DNA of 52,317 nt from Candidatus Heimdallarchaeota archaeon (GCA_019057375.1 DXJF01000057.1:1-52317); one strand, 5' to 3'; positions 18,022 to 27,654 are shown, numbered from the stretch's first letter. Notes: generated by a model not told the origin, from the sequence alone. Numbers and translations are program-made.

Positions 18022-18990
18022 CTATTTTCCATTTTCCAGTATGAAAGAAATTAGATTTGCTATTATAGAAGAATCAGATTCTGGATAGATAGTTATTTCT
18101 TCAGCTCTTTCTCTTCCTTTAACATTCAATTCAAGTCGACCTTCAGAATTAACTTTACATGATTCTATTGCAAAAATAGGTACTGCGTAGGTGTCTTTAC
18201 CAGGAATTTTAAGGAAGAACCGTTTATTAGATATCCATAAAGTACCTTTTTCACCAAAAACAGTTCCCTCTGCATGATGAACTGAATCCAAATAGAGTAT
18301 TTTTTCTCCTTCGAGCTGTTGAATGTCAAGCATTTCTGTTGTAAGAGAACGATTTATTGAAGATAAGGCCATCAACTGATCAATTGTTTGAGCAAAGATG
18401 GGATCTTCTATTGAAACAAATTGTACTCTATCACCCTTATCAATGAGTATTATCATTCTATGACGTGCAAATGCTACTAAAGCGTCAGATATCCCCCCTA
18501 CTCTAAAGAAATTGTGAGAAGTTTCAATCCCATCAACTTTAACTTTTTTACCAGTAAAGAATTTCTTAAACAAACTATCATCTTTAGCGAAAATATAAAC
18601 AAAATCTTCTGAATTCAGCTTTTCAGTAAAGTTTCCAGCCGAATAGAAACCATATTTGTGCGCTTCACCAGCTGTCTCGTAAAACTGTTCTAATGCATCA
18701 GAAACCGTTGAAGATGCTACAGTAAACTGTTTAAGAAATTCCTTAAATCTCTTGATAGGTTTGTCTGCAAAGTATTTAGCGGGTTTAGAATCTTCATCTT
18801 TATATACAAAACCTCTATTAGAAAGATCGTCTAAAACTCCATAGATTTTTGCTTGGGGTATTTTTGTTTCTTCCGCCAGTTTAGGAGCAGTAGCACTACC
18901 CATACGTACTATTTCTAAGAATGCTCTAGATTCATATTCTGATAATCCAAACAGCTTAAGATTCTCCACTAAATCGCTTTGTTTCGACAT
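18022..18990 (-). CDS. TrmB family transcriptional regulator with a C-terminal PH/GRAM-like domain
   Basis: N-terminal LKLFGLSEYESRAF...IPQAKIYGVLDDL..RGFV...PAKY is a TrmB wHTH. The C-terminal GEKIL...GTLWISNKRFF...VPIFAIESCKV pattern is PH/GRAM-like (inferred). Confidence 0.8.
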   Translation of the reverse strand: MSKQSDLVENLKLFGLSEYESRAFLEIVRMGSATAPKLAEETKIPQAKIYGVLDDLSNRGFVYKDEDSKPAKYFADKPIKRFKEFLKQFTVASSTVSDALEQFYETAGEAHKYGFYSAGNFTEKLNSEDFVYIFAKDDSLFKKFFTGKKVKVDGIETSHNFFRVGGISDALVAFARHRMIILIDKGDRVQFVSIEDPIFAQTIDQLMALSSINRSLTTEMLDIQQLEGEKILYLDSVHHAEGTVFGEKGTLWISNKRFFLKIPGKDTYAVPIFAIESCKVNSEGRLELNVKGRERAEEITIYPESDSSIIANLISFILENGK

Positions 18991-19015
18991 TCTGTTTTTT
19001 TCTTAGTAGTCTATG

Positions 19016-19023
19016 TTTATAAA
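19016..19023 (-). promoter_or_regulatory. TATA box TTTATAAA for the TrmB gene, probably leaderless
   Basis: Lies ~26 bp upstream of the ATG at 18990. Confidence 0.6.
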
Positions 19024-19036
19024 GTTTGGTATTTAG

Positions 19037-19102
19037 TTACTACCGCAGTGGTTACAAAAGTGAACCTTTATATAGTCCTTTGATTTACTACCGTAGTAGT
19101 AA
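19037..19102. promoter_or_regulatory. Twin operators TTACTACCGCAGTGGTTA (19037-19054) and TTACTACCGTAGTAGTAA (19085-19102) flanking TATA box TTTATATA (19067-19074)
   Basis: Two 18-bp copies identical at 15 of 18 positions; the second has perfect 7-bp palindromic arms. Located between divergent genes. Confidence 0.7.
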
Positions 19103-19142
19103 TAAAAATTCGAGAAAAAACTAACTATCTCGGTGGTAAAAA

Positions 19143-20540
19143 ATGGCAAAAACACGAATTTCATATCTGAACGGTCTGGCGATTGTATGTATAGTCTTCA
19201 TCAGTATCTCAGTCGTTCCTGTTGGTGTAATTGCAGGTGTCGCATTTAGTGAAGGTGGTTATAACAACCATGAATTCACTGTCGATCCTGAAGCAAATTA
19301 TACATTTTTCCTGAACATTGAAGGAGATCTAGTCTTTTATTATGATATCTATGAATATCCTTCAAACACAAATGATTACGAGATCCATTTAGTGGATGAG
19401 ACTGATTATTTAGACTGGAACTCTTCTGTGGATCCTCGTCCTGACAATGAACTTGTAATATATGGTGCAGATGAGAACTTTAAGTGGATAAGAACTTATG
19501 GTCAAGATAAATATCTCATATTCTACAATGATGATAATGCAACAAGCTTAACTGTTGATCTTCATTACTTCACAGCTGATAGAGCTCTAATTATTGGTGG
19601 TTTAGCTGTAGGACTAATATTATCCACATTTACAACTATTCTAGCTTTACATACTGTATTTTATCTTTTACGAATACTTATCTTCATACCCATTTTTGGT
19701 TTTAGATATACAAATGGTGATGATAGAAAAAAAGGTAGAGACAGAAGATATAGTTATGATTATAGATCTCCTCCCGCAGCACCCTCAGCCCCAGCTGTTA
19801 AAGCTGCTCCAGCTGTAAAAGGTGTAAAAGCTGCACCTGCAGCCCCAGCTATTCCAGCTATTAGAAGAACTCCTTCTGCTCCTATTAAAAGAGGTCCAGC
19901 TATCCAAAACATCTCTTCAACTTATGTTGTTGCTGGTCAAGCTAAAGAATATCCCAAAGGTGATTTCAAGAGATTCTTGGTTAAAACATGGGATTCAACT
20001 TCTATAGCTGAAAGAGTCTTAGTAGTTATAGCCTTATTCTTCCTATTGACTGGAGCTGTTACAGGAACTTGGTATATAATTGTAGTATTTCCAATTACAC
20101 TACTTGGCATATCTATCATAGTCTATTTTGCAGGTCGCAATAGACGAGAAAAACTCATTAGATTAGTTGAAAGTCACAGAGCAATCTACGTTACTGAAGC
20201 TGCAAGAATTCTAAGATCAGCTTCTGAAATAATTCGCATGGATGCTTGGAAGATCATCAACCTTGGCCTTGGAACCATTGGTTTCGATACACAGAACAAC
20301 ATCTTATTTGACGCAACTCAAGTAGATCCAAGTGAACTCCAAGAAGTTTCCCCTGAAGCAAAGAAAATTCACGACGAGTTAGTATCTGAAGTCGCTGACA
20401 AAGTAGATGTAAAAGAAGAAAAGAAAGGTGAGGAAATTGTTGAAGGCGTAGAAGTAAAATGCCCATTCTGTGACAGTAATAACCCCCCTGACTCTTCATT
20501 CTGTATAAAGTGTGGTGCAAGCTTAAAGCCTGCTAAATAA
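19143..20540 (+). CDS. Multi-domain membrane protein: signal/TM, extracellular beta domain, TM, Pro/Ala-rich linker, 2 TM, PCI-like winged helix, C-terminal zinc ribbon
   Basis: Hydrophobic segments, a PAAPSAPAVKAAP low-complexity tract and CPFC...FCIKCG. Confidence 0.7.
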   Translation: MAKTRISYLNGLAIVCIVFISISVVPVGVIAGVAFSEGGYNNHEFTVDPEANYTFFLNIEGDLVFYYDIYEYPSNTNDYEIHLVDETDYLDWNSSVDPRPDNELVIYGADENFKWIRTYGQDKYLIFYNDDNATSLTVDLHYFTADRALIIGGLAVGLILSTFTTILALHTVFYLLRILIFIPIFGFRYTNGDDRKKGRDRRYSYDYRSPPAAPSAPAVKAAPAVKGVKAAPAAPAIPAIRRTPSAPIKRGPAIQNISSTYVVAGQAKEYPKGDFKRFLVKTWDSTSIAERVLVVIALFFLLTGAVTGTWYIIVVFPITLLGISIIVYFAGRNRREKLIRLVESHRAIYVTEAARILRSASEIIRMDAWKIINLGLGTIGFDTQNNILFDATQVDPSELQEVSPEAKKIHDELVSEVADKVDVKEEKKGEEIVEGVEVKCPFCDSNNPPDSSFCIKCGASLKPAK

Positions 20541-20544
20541 CCTC

Positions 20545-20584
20545 TCTTTCTTCTTCTTTTCTCATTTTTTTTATTTTTTTTGTT
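20545..20584 (+). terminator. T-rich archaeal-type terminator
   Basis: Pyrimidine/oligo-T run directly after the stop codon, between convergent genes. Confidence 0.5.
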
Positions 20585-22384
20585 TCATCTAATATGTGGA
20601 TTGGGACAGTTAATGTAATCTTCATCTAGGACTCGTTCTATAGACTCCATAAATGCACTGTCAACCAATTTACCCTTTAGGTTATAATATCGCCACCAAA
20701 TACAGGTTCTCATTTTTTCTATTATTTGTTCTTCAATAAATTTCTCTTTTAATCCTCTATTTACCATTAATTCCTTATAATCATCTATTTCTTCCTCAGT
20801 TTCAAAGATATGAAAACTTGATAGATCTGAATTCAAAATCTTATTTTTTACAGAAAATAGCCATTCTTCAAATCTTATATTCTCATCTTCAGACATATCT
20901 TTTACATTTGGTGCTACGTAGGTTACTCCATACCCCCTAGCCGTTTCACCTTCTTCGTCTTTCATTACCTTATAATCTGTTTTATTTCTTAACCAATCAA
21001 AGTAATTAATTGGTCCTTTACCAGAGACACCAATGCACATATATTGTGTACTTCTCCACAAGGACCTTTGATAGAGATGATCATGTCCAAAAATCGCAGC
21101 ACTAACACCATAATCATCAAACAAGGGTGTCAAGCATGATTGTGCAAGAGCATCAGAATTATTTCTTGCTCTCCCAAAGAAACCAATTGTGAAGATCGCA
21201 GAATGTAAGAAAACAATACAAAATTGAGGTCCTTGTTCTTCTATCGCTTTTCTTCTCCATTCTTTTAATTCTTCATCCAACCAATTCCATTGTCTACTAT
21301 CACAAGCGATACTTTCATTTCCCCAATTTAGACCAATTGAATCCAGATGAATCATGCGAACATTTCCTACATCTTGAGAGAAATAAGCTCCTCCTTTCTT
21401 TCTTGGAGTATGAATGAACATGTGAAAGTGCTTCTGAGTTCTTGCTTTACCACCAAACCACGAAGCACGACCCCAACCTCCATTGAAATAATCATGATTG
21501 CCTATTGTGGGAGTAAAAGGTATTCTTGCGAAATTTACATTACCACATGTAAAAAGATCTGCCCAGTATTCATGATATGAGCCATTATCCACATTATCCC
21601 CACTAGTTGTGAAAACTTGGTATCCTTTGTCAAAAGTATATTCTAACTCTTTGAAATGAATATTCTTCATCAGACGTTCTAGTCTTGGGTTATTCTTTGC
21701 TCTGAACCCCACAACTTTTCCTCTTTTGAATCTTGCTCTAGATCCTCCATGCAGATCTGATGCAGAAACAAAAAAAACCGGTTGTTTATTTGATTGAACA
21801 CCAGCTGTAAATTCCTTTATTTTAGATGCACCTATTAATTCATGATCATTGTTGTAACATTCGATTCTATAATGATATTCCTTGTTTTCAACTAGATTTT
21901 CAATCAAGCCCAGGAACAGCTGAGGTGCTGATGATACTGGATGGTAGGAGAAGGATGAAGAATGTTTCATAGGGATTTCTGCTAATTCACAGAGATCATC
22001 GTTAAATAATCGAATAACACAACTACCCTTAGGATTACTAAGGAAAGGTTTCTTCTTATTTACATCGACAACTTCCTTCACTCTATTTGTTTTAAGATAA
22101 CCATAATCGAGATAAACAGAAACAAGAATCTTTGAAGCGTCATTAGCGATTCTCAGCATATAATACTTATCCATAATGAATTTTACAGAAGGAATGCTTT
22201 CATCTTCTTTCTCAGTTGTTGTATAAGGTTTATATTCAACTTCATCAAAATCTTCAAGTTCTAAAGGATAGAAATTCTCTTCCTCTGCTAATCTTCTGCG
22301 AATAGTTTCACGAATTTTTATTCTATATTTTGTAGAAGGTATCCTATCTTCAGGAGGTAGGATTTTTTGTTTTTCTATAGACAT
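20585..22384 (-). CDS. Calcineurin-like metallophosphoesterase (purple acid phosphatase-like architecture)
   Basis: SDLH, GDNVD, GNHD, FLH and GHDH metal-binding motifs; no signal peptide. Confidence 0.8.
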   Translation of the reverse strand: MSIEKQKILPPEDRIPSTKYRIKIRETIRRRLAEEENFYPLELEDFDEVEYKPYTTTEKEDESIPSVKFIMDKYYMLRIANDASKILVSVYLDYGYLKTNRVKEVVDVNKKKPFLSNPKGSCVIRLFNDDLCELAEIPMKHSSSFSYHPVSSAPQLFLGLIENLVENKEYHYRIECYNNDHELIGASKIKEFTAGVQSNKQPVFFVSASDLHGGSRARFKRGKVVGFRAKNNPRLERLMKNIHFKELEYTFDKGYQVFTTSGDNVDNGSYHEYWADLFTCGNVNFARIPFTPTIGNHDYFNGGWGRASWFGGKARTQKHFHMFIHTPRKKGGAYFSQDVGNVRMIHLDSIGLNWGNESIACDSRQWNWLDEELKEWRRKAIEEQGPQFCIVFLHSAIFTIGFFGRARNNSDALAQSCLTPLFDDYGVSAAIFGHDHLYQRSLWRSTQYMCIGVSGKGPINYFDWLRNKTDYKVMKDEEGETARGYGVTYVAPNVKDMSEDENIRFEEWLFSVKNKILNSDLSSFHIFETEEEIDDYKELMVNRGLKEKFIEEQIIEKMRTCIWWRYYNLKGKLVDSAFMESIERVLDEDYINCPNPHIR

Positions 22385-22434
22385 CTTAATTACGAATTCT
22401 AATTCATTCTTTAAAATTTTACCGCAAAGGTACG

Positions 22435-23046
22435 TTATTTATCGGTAAAATGACAAACATCATTAACTAAATCGATTGAAAACTTTTCTTTTCCTTCTGA
22501 TTCTGTATAATCAATGATATTAATACAGCAATTATGTTGTTTTATATTATCAAATATTACCTCTGACGCATCTAGAATTCTAGCTATTATTGAACGAATA
22601 CACCCTCCATGTAAGACAATCAGAAGATAGTCTTTTTCTTTGTTTTCACGAGCTATATTTCTAAATTCTTCCCATACTCTGGTCATGAAATCTTCTGTCA
22701 GTTCCCCATTATGTTTAATCATCAAGTCATCAAATTCTTTAAGAGAATCCATCTCATCCAGCAATTCAGAAATACCAACTCCATCAAGATCTCCAAGAGT
22801 ATGCTCTCGGAGTTTATCGGTGTAATTAACTGGAAGATTCAATTCCAAACTAATAATTGCAGCTGTTTCAGTTGCTCGAACTAAATCTGAGCTGTAAATT
22901 ACTTGTATTCCTTTTTCCTTCAATTCATCAGCTAAAATCTTTGCTTGGTTTTTACCAGTTTCATTTAGAGGAGTGGGTAAATGGCCCATGATTATGCGAT
23001 TCTTATTGTGATCTGTCTCTCCATGTCTAACAAGGAATATTCTCAT
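22435..23046 (-). CDS. Histidine phosphatase (phosphoglycerate mutase family)
   Basis: LVRHGET, YSSDLVRA.ET, LREH and VLHGG motifs. Confidence 0.9.
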   Translation of the reverse strand: MRIFLVRHGETDHNKNRIIMGHLPTPLNETGKNQAKILADELKEKGIQVIYSSDLVRATETAAIISLELNLPVNYTDKLREHTLGDLDGVGISELLDEMDSLKEFDDLMIKHNGELTEDFMTRVWEEFRNIARENKEKDYLLIVLHGGCIRSIIARILDASEVIFDNIKQHNCCINIIDYTESEGKEKFSIDLVNDVCHFTDK

Positions 23047-23091
23047 GAAGGAAAAAAATGAAGTCCATTAAAAAAGGTTAGGGAAGGGAGC

Positions 23092-24102
23092 TTATCGTAT
23101 AACTCTAGTCAGTTTGGCTCCACATCTAGGACATGAGTAAACTCCCTTCGGAATATCTGCACCGCAGGTAGTACATTTTTTGATTTTGATTTCTTTGCTT
23201 TCATCGAGTTTCCTAAGAGGTTTTAAAAGTAGCCCATTTTCAGTCATTGTCCAAGTATACAATAAAGACCCTCTGAGTTCTGAAATAGCTTTTTCAGGTA
23301 ATGTTATTCTGTTCTGATTGTCTATAACCAAAAATCTTGAGCTATCTAAATCAGTCAAATCAAGATCCTGTAAATGCTCCCCAATAAGAATCCCATCTCT
23401 AATTTCCAAGGTTCTTTCTGAGAAATCTCCTACTATCGGATCATGAGAGCATATCAAATAGGAAGTACCCATATCCTCTTTCAATTCCTTGAAAAGCTCA
23501 AGAATTTGAGTTGAGGTTTCAGTATCAACGTTTCCTGTTGGTTCATCAGCAAAAATCAAACTAGGATTATTTGCTAATGCTCTAGCAATAGAGACTCTTT
23601 GCTGTTCTCCACCTGAGATTCTTTTTGGAGTGTGGGTTCTTCTATGCCAAATACCTAAGGTTTCCATTAATTCTTTTACTCTTTGTTTTCTTTTGGAACG
23701 ATTGAGATTAACTAACCTCATTGGCATTTCTATATTCTTTTCTGCGCTCAAGTAAGGAATCAGATTTTGTTCTTGGAAAACATATCCAATATTGTGTCTT
23801 CTATATTCGAATTGCTTCTCTTCAGCAAGTTTAGTTATATCTGTGCCATCAGAGTAAAAAATCTGACCCGCCGAAGGCTTGAGCATTCCACCGAGAGATA
23901 ATAATAAGGTACTCTTTCCTGATCCTGAAGGACCAATAATCCCTAAAATTTCACTTTTCTTGATGTCAAAACTTACACCTTTCAGAGCAACAACCTTATT
24001 CTGATGTTCCAGACCGTATACATGATAGATGTCTATGACTTGTAAGGCTAAATCTTCAGGAAGAGGTTCCATTTGAATCATTTTTGTTTTATCACCGTAC
24101 AT
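23092..24102 (-). CDS. ABC ATPase (LolD/MacB type) with C-terminal AbrB-like and zinc-ribbon domains
   Basis: GPSGSGKST, ISGGEQQRV, ADEPTGN; tail VIDNQNRITLP and CTTCG...CPRCG. Confidence 0.88.
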   Translation of the reverse strand: MYGDKTKMIQMEPLPEDLALQVIDIYHVYGLEHQNKVVALKGVSFDIKKSEILGIIGPSGSGKSTLLLSLGGMLKPSAGQIFYSDGTDITKLAEEKQFEYRRHNIGYVFQEQNLIPYLSAEKNIEMPMRLVNLNRSKRKQRVKELMETLGIWHRRTHTPKRISGGEQQRVSIARALANNPSLIFADEPTGNVDTETSTQILELFKELKEDMGTSYLICSHDPIVGDFSERTLEIRDGILIGEHLQDLDLTDLDSSRFLVIDNQNRITLPEKAISELRGSLLYTWTMTENGLLLKPLRKLDESKEIKIKKCTTCGADIPKGVYSCPRCGAKLTRVIR

Positions 24103-24111
24103 AAAATCACC

Positions 24112-26913
24112 TCAAAATGCTCTCATTTCCTCCACAACGTTTGTTTTTGCAGCTATAATCGCAGGAATTAATGTTGCAAGTATTATGATTACAAAAGCAC
24201 CAACTATTGTAGCTATTAGAATTCCAGATGGGAATATCAGTAGCCTGTTAAATGAAGATGAACTAAAGATATCAAAGAATCCATTGAACTGATACCCTAA
24301 AATGAATCCAATAAATGTGCCAAAGAGAGTAGCAAAAAGTGCCATAGATATTACTTCGCTTAGAACCAATTTGATTAACTGCCCCCGCGAAGCCCCTTCT
24401 GATATCAGTACAGCAAATTCTTTCTTCCGTTGATTAACAATCATAAACATGAAGATTGAAACCCCTATTACAGTAGCAATGATTGAGATAAGATAATTTA
24501 TTGTTAATAATCCAGGAAATCCAAAACGTAATCCTTCTCGTTGTCTGATCTCTGCTAGTTCTTCCTCATATGATTGAGCATAAACAATCCAATCAAATTG
24601 TGAATCAAATTCAAAAGCAAGATTTTCTTCCACTGGATCAACTTCAGGCTTCAGATTGATTATTGCCCTAGTAATCTCATATGTATAGGGAGCATAATCG
24701 AAAATAAACTGTTTATCAACCAGCATCGTAAAAACGAAATCAAATTCAAGGAAATCAAAAATTTCACCAAAAGATCCTGATGCTAAATCCTTTATCTCTC
24801 CTGGGGCATGATCTATAAGTATTGTTGCTTCTACTGTATACTTTGTTTGATTGAAAATTGTAAATTCAAAGGTTGGATCATTTTGTATATCTAAGGTTCT
24901 TGCTGTCTCTACTCCAACACCTACATTTCTTAGAGGATTATTTTGAAGAGTCTGTAGACCTTCCCTCCATTCAGGATAATCTTCTATTGAGTCTTTGTGC
25001 CATATTGCATTGTTTCCATATTCCGTTAAATCTACTCCATAGCATACAATTGGCGTTGACCCTACATAGAAAAATGTATAGTAAATAGGGATTATATTTT
25101 CTATCTTATCCTCAAAACCAACAAAATCAGAAGGTGATAAAGTTTGGTAACCTCCCAAGATATCTACTCTCATATCGCCTCCAATAGCATATTCAGCACT
25201 ACGGATCAATTCAACTGAACCAGTTTCGCCTTGAATAACTGCAAACACACCTAATGAAACAGATAAACATAGTAAAACAGTCATTCTTGGAAAGTTTTGA
25301 TGCCTGCGAGATAAGCTTCCTTTAAGTAAGACTCCTATATCTTTGAAGATTTTAACAAGTACTTTATCTAATTTCTCAGGTACTTTTGTTGATAGTCTAC
25401 TAACGATAGCGGCTCCTCCATACCAAAGCAATATTGGAGCAAAAATTTGAAGCAAAATAACAGCAAAACCAAAAGAAACATTTGGTCTTGTATTTTCAAT
25501 AACTGTTAGGAGCACACCAATTAATCCTATCATGAAGAACAGAACATCACCATATACTGCCTTAAACCATTTTTTCTTTTCTTTTTCAACAGTTTTGGCG
25601 ATAGCAACCTCTTCTTGAATGAAGTTATTTGTTTTCTTTCTGGTTGTTAAAAATAGAATCCCTAAAGTTACAATGAGGGTTGTTAAAATAGTCCAGGGTT
25701 TAATGTTCAAAGATGAGTAAGCATTAGAAATAGTAGGGAAATCTATAGCCATAAACCGATATGTAGATAGGACCATTGCAGCACCGAATGTACCAAAAAA
25801 GATACCTATAGCTTCCCCTAAAAATGCAATTAAGATAACCTCAGAATATATCATACTTCGTATTTGTTTTGGACTAGCTCCTTGAGCCTTCAGAACAGAA
25901 ATTTCAAATTTTCTCTCTCTTAAAGCTAAATCTGCTCCTAAACTGATAAGAATAATTGACAAAACAATTGCAGGAATATACAGAACAGTATCAATTAGCT
26001 GCATTGTGATAATCAATCCTTGATATGCGAATAAAGTCCCAGAGATTAAGTTTCTACCATCCAGATTGAGAATCTGTTCCTTCCTGTTTAAAACTATGTT
26101 AATATACTCATTTAAATCAAGAAGATTGTTTAGAGGGAATTGAGTTAGGTCTAACTTTGTAGGAAGTTGCCATAATTTGTTAACGGTTAGATTTCCAATA
26201 ATACTCGAATTAAAATTATGACTGCTAGCAATTAAAAAATCATCATCTAGTAGAAGTCCAGGTTGAAAGAATCCTTTAACTGTTAGATTTAATGTTGTGG
26301 AAATTATTATGATTTCATTATCACCAACAGTTTTATTCAACCCAAAATTAAAGGCAAGAGTGTCGTTTAATTGCACACCTAACTGTTTATATTTCTCAAT
26401 AGATAACATTATGCCATTACTCTGAAGATTGTTTTCTCCAGCAATTATTTTGATCCTATCAACAATTGAATGATTAAGTGAAGAAGAATCAATAATCAAT
26501 GGTTCAAAGGATGGTTGGTCCACTTTGAAACCAGCATATTCAGAAAAATTGAAATCAGGAGTAAAATATGAATAATATATATTATCCCTCTCTGTTAAAT
26601 CATAACGAAAATGTCTCCCATAGGTAACGATACTATCTTCAAATTCTTCTTCTTGAGAGAGTAGTTCTGCTAATTCTGGAAGAGTAACACTTAAATTCGT
26701 GTCGATTAAAGGTCTAAAACTTACTTCAGCTTCAACATTTTCTATCATATCTTGAACGGTAATTGTGTTAATTATAGAACCATAGAAGAATATACTTGAA
26801 AAAATAGCTGCTCCTAAGATCATACCAGCACCTATTGAGATACTTCTTCTTCGGTTTGAGTACATGGACTTGAATGAAAATCCAATAAAAGAGAAGAATT
26901 TAGGTCGTTTCAT
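24112..26913 (-). CDS. FtsX/MacB-type ABC permease with two repeats
   Basis: Two ERKFEISVLKAQGAS / QRKKEFAVLISEGAS motifs, each followed by a TM bundle; large extracytoplasmic loops. Confidence 0.88.
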   Translation of the reverse strand: MKRPKFFSFIGFSFKSMYSNRRRSISIGAGMILGAAIFSSIFFYGSIINTITVQDMIENVEAEVSFRPLIDTNLSVTLPELAELLSQEEEFEDSIVTYGRHFRYDLTERDNIYYSYFTPDFNFSEYAGFKVDQPSFEPLIIDSSSLNHSIVDRIKIIAGENNLQSNGIMLSIEKYKQLGVQLNDTLAFNFGLNKTVGDNEIIIISTTLNLTVKGFFQPGLLLDDDFLIASSHNFNSSIIGNLTVNKLWQLPTKLDLTQFPLNNLLDLNEYINIVLNRKEQILNLDGRNLISGTLFAYQGLIITMQLIDTVLYIPAIVLSIILISLGADLALRERKFEISVLKAQGASPKQIRSMIYSEVILIAFLGEAIGIFFGTFGAAMVLSTYRFMAIDFPTISNAYSSLNIKPWTILTTLIVTLGILFLTTRKKTNNFIQEEVAIAKTVEKEKKKWFKAVYGDVLFFMIGLIGVLLTVIENTRPNVSFGFAVILLQIFAPILLWYGGAAIVSRLSTKVPEKLDKVLVKIFKDIGVLLKGSLSRRHQNFPRMTVLLCLSVSLGVFAVIQGETGSVELIRSAEYAIGGDMRVDILGGYQTLSPSDFVGFEDKIENIIPIYYTFFYVGSTPIVCYGVDLTEYGNNAIWHKDSIEDYPEWREGLQTLQNNPLRNVGVGVETARTLDIQNDPTFEFTIFNQTKYTVEATILIDHAPGEIKDLASGSFGEIFDFLEFDFVFTMLVDKQFIFDYAPYTYEITRAIINLKPEVDPVEENLAFEFDSQFDWIVYAQSYEEELAEIRQREGLRFGFPGLLTINYLISIIATVIGVSIFMFMIVNQRKKEFAVLISEGASRGQLIKLVLSEVISMALFATLFGTFIGFILGYQFNGFFDIFSSSSFNRLLIFPSGILIATIVGAFVIIILATLIPAIIAAKTNVVEEMRAF

Positions 26914-27654
26914 TTAATTTCCCTCCTTTTTCCTTCTCTTCTTAGCAACTTTCTTAGGTTGTTCTTGAATTACTTTACCTTTCTGTAAAATCAAGATTTT
27001 ATCTGCTTCTTTTGCACATTCAGTATCATGCGTAACCATTATTACAGTAATTTTTTTCTCTTTGACAAGTTGTTTGAATAGAAGAATGATTTCTTTACCA
27101 ATATAAGTGTCTAGATTTCCTGTGGGCTCATCAGCATAAATAATTGCTGGATTATGAGCTAAAGCTCTGGCAATTGCTACCCTTTGTTGCTCTCCTCCTG
27201 ACAACTCCTCTGGAAGATGATCCATCCGTACATATAATCCAACAGATTCTAGATACTCGATTGCTTTTTGATCAGCTTCAAGTTCTGGAACTTTACGCAA
27301 TTTCATAGGGAGTTTAACATTTTCTTTAGCCGTAAGATAAGGAATTAAAGCAAAATTCTGAAATACAACAGAAGTTTTGTTTCTGCGAATTTCAAGATTC
27401 TCTTTGTAGGAAGTCTCGCTTAGATTGATTCCGGCAACTAAAACTTCACCTGAAGTGATGCTTTCAAGAGTTGATAGAATATTCAGAAGTGTAGATTTTC
27501 CGGATCCGCTTGGACCCATGATAGCTATGAATTCTCCTCTTTTTATCTTCATATCAACTCCTATAAGGACATTGACTACTTCTCCACCTGGAAGATTGAA
27601 ATCTTTTATCAGCTCTTTAGTGTTTATTGAGACAGAGCTTGCTTTCTTTGACAT
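26914..27654 (-). CDS. ABC ATPase (LolD type)
   Basis: GPSGSGKST, LSGGEQQRVAIARAL, ADEPTGNLD and VTHD motifs. Confidence 0.92.
   Translation of the reverse strand: MSKKASSVSINTKELIKDFNLPGGEVVNVLIGVDMKIKRGEFIAIMGPSGSGKSTLLNILSTLESITSGEVLVAGINLSETSYKENLEIRRNKTSVVFQNFALIPYLTAKENVKLPMKLRKVPELEADQKAIEYLESVGLYVRMDHLPEELSGGEQQRVAIARALAHNPAIIYADEPTGNLDTYIGKEIILLFKQLVKEKKITVIMVTHDTECAKEADKILILQKGKVIQEQPKKVAKKRRKKEGN

Noticed and set aside
20460-20520. C-terminal zinc finger read as a ubiquitin-binding NZF
   Set aside because: The cysteine spacing fits, but the upstream Trp and the TF dipeptide are absent; the generic archaeal zinc-ribbon pattern explains it.
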